Origin: Saprolegnia diclina VS20
Taxonomy: Eukaryota
NCBI RefSeq assembly: GCF_000281045.1
Contig: NW_008246135.1
Span: 186,520-224,433, forward strand
DNA length: 37,914 nucleotides
Direction: 5' to 3'
In this document: one piece after another, positions 33,446-37,914 of the stretch
Layout: each line of letters begins with the position of its first letter
Position numbering within the stretch: position 1 is the stretch's first letter
The notes under the pieces: generated by a model
The model's input: the letters and a program-made list of their open reading frames with translations, nothing else
Told to the model about the DNA's origin: nothing
Databases searched by the model: none
Position numbers and translations under genes: made by a program

Positions 33446-33997
33446 GCTTCCTGTCTTGGGTTTTATTGGAGCGGTGGCCATCCGGATGATACCAAAGCAT
33501 CCGGATATGGGATGGCAGGCCATATCGACGCTCGATCCAACGATGCCTGGACCATGGACGCGGGCTGGGACTTGCCAACACGCTGCACGGGCCTGCAACA
33601 GCTGCTGCGACGTACATGGCTACGTTGCGCACAGTGCATGGTCGCGCGCGTGTGCTTGTGCGCTTGCGACTCGACTTGAAGGCTGTCAAGTTGTGTGGGT
33701 GGCCTCGCAATGGGCACAGAAGGTGGGCAGCAGCTCACAACTGCAGTATGGTTGGCGTCAGCGCTAGACATGGCAGGGCTGCCGTGGCTCTCGCAGCTGG
33801 GCACTGTCATAGAAGATACGTTGTTTTTTCGATGCGAACGTTAGAACATCATTGCCAGCTTGGCCTTCGATGGAACATCCACAAGATGGCAGCCATGCTA
33901 GCGACGGAGAAGTTTAGTGCTCATTCGACGACAACCTTTAGACGACTATGTAGTATCGGTATGCGAAGGATAGAACAGGTACGTCCGTGGCGAGCAC

Positions 33998-35629
33998 ATG
34001 AGCTCACTTTTGAATTCGCACGGTCGCACCAAGATGACGGACAAGTCGGACGTTTTGCTGGACGATTGCCACCTCTTGCGCAACGTTGGCCGACCTGGGT
34101 ACGAGTACCTCATGGACAGCCGGCGCGTGGACGAGAGCATGTATCCTACGGCCCCGACCGCTGGCCAATACGACGCGAGCAAGCCAGCAAACAGCGCATA
34201 CGACCGCCCACCTTCAAGTGGCGCCTACGCGGCACCCAGTACCAGCCCCCCAAGTGGCGCCTACGGCAACCCGAGCACCAGTCCTCCCAGCAGCGGCCAC
34301 GGCACGCCCACTAGCCCACCAAGCAACGGCTATGGAAGTCCAACCACGAGTTCACCGAGTGGCTACGGCAAGCCTGCGAATTCACCAAGCAGCGGTTACG
34401 GCAAGGCCACTAGCACACCTACAAGTCCACCAAGCAGCGGATATGGCAAGTCCACCAGCCCACCGAGTGGCTACGGCAAGCCTACGAGTCCACCAAGCAG
34501 CGGCTACGGCAAGCCCACCAGCCCACCATCCTCTGGCTATGACCGACCGACCAGCCCTCCAAGCAGCGGCTATGGAAAGCCCACCAGTCCACCATCCTCT
34601 GGCTATGACCGACCGACAAGCAGACCAAGCAACGGCTACGACCGACCGACAAGCCCGCCAAGCAATGGCTACGGCCGACCGACAAGCCCTCCAAGCAGCG
34701 GCTACGGCAAGCCCACCAGACCACCAAGCGCTGGCTACGGCAGACCGACCAAGGCCCCCAGCGACAAGTATGGCAAACCCAGCGGTGACAAGGGCCGTGG
34801 CGCTCGATACGATGGCAACGATGGTCCTGGCTCGCCTGGGAAGGGCAAGCCATCTCGCTACGGGGATGACTATGGCACGCCCACCAAGACCGAGAAGCCG
34901 TCGTCGTACGGTAGCACGGAGCCTCCGTGCGAGAGTCTCAAGCCGCGCCCAAAGTACAGCGACTCGACCGATCAGTCCAATCGCGGCCGTGATGCAAAGA
35001 CGCACTACCGCGAGTCGCTCGTCGAAGAAGCTAAACCAAGTCAATGCGGCGACTGCACGGGGTGCTACTCGGGTGCCAGTGGTACCTGCCTCGGTGAATA
35101 TTCGCCGCGGCTCTGCTGGACGGCAGGACTCACGTGGTGCGGCGCGCCGGCAGCACCGCCGGCACCGACACCTGCCAACTGGGACAACATTAGCTGGGGG
35201 CCCAAACCCGAGTGGGCGCCATTTGGTCTCGAGTGGCCGCCGCGCGCGTCGTACTTTACCGACAGCTACAGCTACGCCGACGGCGAATGGGTCGAAGCAG
35301 GCGATTCGCCGGCTCAAACCAAGTCATGCACGCCCGACCCGCGCTACGAGCATCTGAGCCGCCCGGCGTGGTATCCGCCGCAGCTCTCGTGGCCGCCGCT
35401 GAGCTGCGGCGACTTTTGGGACACGGCGCCAGCGCCGCCGACGTCGCTGGCGCTGACCGACCGCGGGCTTGCGTTGCTCAAGACCAACATGGTGCCGCTC
35501 GTGTCGGGGTGCGCGCTCGTGGTCGTGGCGCTCGGCGTGGCGTTTGTCCGGCGGTCGCTACGCCGCCATCGCGAGCGCCGCGAGCAGGAACTGTACGAAG
35601 ACAACAGTCACTACCAGCCGCTGCTTTAG
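33998..35629 (+). CDS. Pro/Ser/Gly/Tyr repeat membrane protein with a 6-Cys module, C-terminal TM helix and YQPLL tail; true start uncertain
   Basis: 543-aa ORF with tandem GY(G/D)(K/R)PTSPPS(S/N) units, CGDCTGCY..C..C..WC, a TM segment VPLVSGCALVVVALGVAFV followed by RR, and a terminal YQPLL. A possible upstream intron lies at 33979-34033. Confidence 0.8.
   Translation: MSSLLNSHGRTKMTDKSDVLLDDCHLLRNVGRPGYEYLMDSRRVDESMYPTAPTAGQYDASKPANSAYDRPPSSGAYAAPSTSPPSGAYGNPSTSPPSSGHGTPTSPPSNGYGSPTTSSPSGYGKPANSPSSGYGKATSTPTSPPSSGYGKSTSPPSGYGKPTSPPSSGYGKPTSPPSSGYDRPTSPPSSGYGKPTSPPSSGYDRPTSRPSNGYDRPTSPPSNGYGRPTSPPSSGYGKPTRPPSAGYGRPTKAPSDKYGKPSGDKGRGARYDGNDGPGSPGKGKPSRYGDDYGTPTKTEKPSSYGSTEPPCESLKPRPKYSDSTDQSNRGRDAKTHYRESLVEEAKPSQCGDCTGCYSGASGTCLGEYSPRLCWTAGLTWCGAPAAPPAPTPANWDNISWGPKPEWAPFGLEWPPRASYFTDSYSYADGEWVEAGDSPAQTKSCTPDPRYEHLSRPAWYPPQLSWPPLSCGDFWDTAPAPPTSLALTDRGLALLKTNMVPLVSGCALVVVALGVAFVRRSLRRHRERREQELYEDNSHYQPLL
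34215..34780 (+). repeat. Coding tandem repeat, ~33-nt unit encoding GYGKPTSPPSS variants
   Basis: Recurrent AGCGGCTACGGCAAGCCCACCAGCCCACCAAGC-like units, with more than a dozen degenerate copies visible in the translation. Confidence 0.9.
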
Positions 35630-36017
35630 ACGCCCGCTTTTGACGTCGATAGAAGCCGCGAGCTTTGTTCTGGAAACGACGACTTGTATATCCTTTTGTA
35701 ACTCAGTTACAGCACGTGTGTTCCTACTCCCCATCGAGTTGAGTCATAAGCTTTCCGTACTCACATTTGCAGTGCTCAAACACTGATGTCGACAGCGCAA
35801 CTAGGGCACCAGTTGCCACTCGCCCGGTGTCGCCTCAATGTTACACATCACATTGAACTAAGGTCTTCAGCATGCGCAGCGCAGCGAAAGAGGCCGCGTC
35901 GGCTAGCCGCGGCCAACTATCGAATAGGAGTATCTATCTAGCTATCTAATTCATTTTGACACGGAATTTCCGGATTTTGACCAGTATTTTTAGCGTGTTG
36001 CGCAGACAGGACGACAA

Positions 36018-37811
36018 ATGCGTGCGCGGTCTCCGTACCAACGGGACCTGACGCCGACGAGCAAGCACATTCACGAGCTCATGGACGAGGAAGACGCGCG
36101 GTACACCAAGGCGACGCCACCCGCGGAGCCGCCGGTGCGCGGCTACCAAGTACCGATGCTGCGGAGCATTTCCGTGCGCGAAAAATACGCGCGCGAGGCG
36201 CTCCGGCGTCTCGCAAAGAACCTTACGACGGCGTCCAGCGCCCACGACGACGCTGTGTTCAACCAGGTCAATGAAATCCTCCATCCCAAGTCGGCAGCCC
36301 CCGCCAAGAAGAAGTTTGACAAGCGCTGGTACCACTTTCACAACCGGCAAGTGTATAGCATTGGCCAAGACACGGTGCCGACGCCATTGCCCCCGAGCAA
36401 CGTCGAGCCCGCACCGGTGCGGCTTCATGCGCTCTCCAAACCCCACGTGGCGTTTGACGCCATGTCTGACACGCACTCGTCACGGAGCAACACCAGCGAC
36501 GCTCTGAGCAGCGACGCTCCGACAACGGCCGACGAGACCGAAGTGTCTGCACCCGACATGACAACATGTCCACGCAACGTCTACCACGCCTGTTTTGACG
36601 TTCTCTTAGCTTTGGTGCACGAGACACTCACAGCCAAGTAGGTCGACTGGGCCGTCGCGGGCGTCGAAAAGGTCGTTAAAGACGCGGTAGAGCGGCAGCG
36701 CATTGGTGCTCTCCTGCGTGCGCATGCCCGCATTCTCTTCCACCTCTTCCGATACCACGCGAGCCTTCAAGGCGGGAGCGATCGGGTTCGATGCGGCGAC
36801 CACTGGACCAAACTACAAAGTGTATCTCCTAGGAACCGTTCAAGCTCGCGGCCAAAGCCAAGATCCTCGAAGACTTGAGTGTTCCGATCCCAGAGCCGGC
36901 GCGGCACGGCATCAGTACACACCTCATGCCACCACGATTGCTTTGAATCGTAGGTGCTAGGTGACCAGCCAACGAGTCGACAGGACTTTTTGCTCTTTGT
37001 CGTGCAAGCCGCACTAGGCTACTACAAGCGAGGTGGTTATAACGTCATTGCGCAAATAATGATATCGAATATCTCTAGACGAGGTCGCGGGGCTCGTCAA
37101 GCGACTGGCCAAAGAAGGTCTCGAAGACTCGACGAGCGTCTTCTATCTCCTGCACGACTTCCTCTTGCCGTTTGCATCCATTGAAGACCCAACGCACTTT
37201 CAAACGCTCTTCTTCAAGCACGAGAGTGCGCAGCAAGTGCTGACGATGCACCGGATCGGGCTCGAAATGGCGTTCCTCCAGCACGCAACCCGGGTGACGC
37301 ACGACCCGACGACGTCCAAATCGCCAAGTCCCATGCCGCAGTCGCTGCAGCCGTTCCTAAAATTTCAGAGCTACCTCGGCTTTCTTCACCACTTGAAGCT
37401 TGTACAACACACCCTCTCTCGGTATCTTGTAGCTCTGAATCTGTGCCGTAGATTGACACCAAGCTCTCAGAGACCAAAGCCAGCGTCATCTTTTGCTCGT
37501 GTCTTCCCGTGTGGCCCGACGACCGTGCAGTCGTGTCGCAGTGCCTCGACTACAATGGCTTTACGCTCGCTTTGACCAAGATCGCGTTTGCCAAACACGA
37601 AAAAACCATCTGCGGCGGCGAAGAAGACGTGTGTCCGTCCCGACACACGTCAGCGCGCTGCGCTTGCGTCCTTGCCACCGTCCAGGACAAGTACAACATG
37701 CACGCATACCTCGAGCCGCTCGGCATCCTGATTGCGAAGATCACGTCGCCTGGCTCCCGGCGAGGCGTGCGGCGACGGTCGGCCACAGACACGGAGGCTG
37801 CCAAAGCCTAG
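36018..37811 (+). CDS. Hypothetical multi-exon protein
   Basis: ORF 36018 continues past probable introns at about 36600-36641, 36787-36832, 36915-36960, 37033-37078 and 37402-37451. The joined reading includes CFD|VDWAVAGVEKVV..RILFHLFRYHAS, FLLFVVQAA, HDFLLPFA and LDYNGFTLALTKIA, ending at TAG 37811. Some junctions are uncertain. Confidence 0.6.
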
Positions 37812-37914
37812 TCGTGTAAGATACGTGAACGCAGGCCTTTTGTTCTGCCTTGTGGCTTCTTGGCACTGTAAAGGAGGGTGTTTTGCGTTGTACAACTCAA
37901 TACTATTTTGTTAC

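Overview
Gene-dense eukaryotic window with GC-rich third codon positions. The many short GT-AG introns (mostly 41-59 nt), CCAAT and Inr/FPR-type promoter motifs and lineage-typical gene families point to an oomycete, most likely Saprolegniales (inference). About 21 protein-coding genes were reconstructed by hand-splicing: a 5'-truncated alpha-kinase, an oomycete multi-TM protein, a TMTC O-mannosyltransferase, dihydroorotase, HVA22/REEP, a PRPP-synthetase-like protein, a GT34 glycosyltransferase, mitochondrial Hsp90 (TRAP1), a small C2HCH zinc-finger-like protein, a DnaJ-TMEM185-like protein, three tandem Vti1-like Qb-SNAREs with a CCCH gene among them, a LEA_2/DUF3712-like protein, a PPR + DEDDy exonuclease fusion, CIA1, a GYG-repeat membrane protein and three hypotheticals. 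The best novelty candidates are (1) a six-exon PPR-repeat/MUT-7(EXD3)-like exonuclease fusion, (2) an alpha-kinase followed by two zinc ribbons and a LOTUS/OST-HTH domain, and (3) a PRPP synthetase homologue whose catalytic motifs are substituted. No tRNA, rRNA, CRISPR array or transposon was recognised. All exon models and domain calls were made by eye and need RNA-seq and HMM confirmation.
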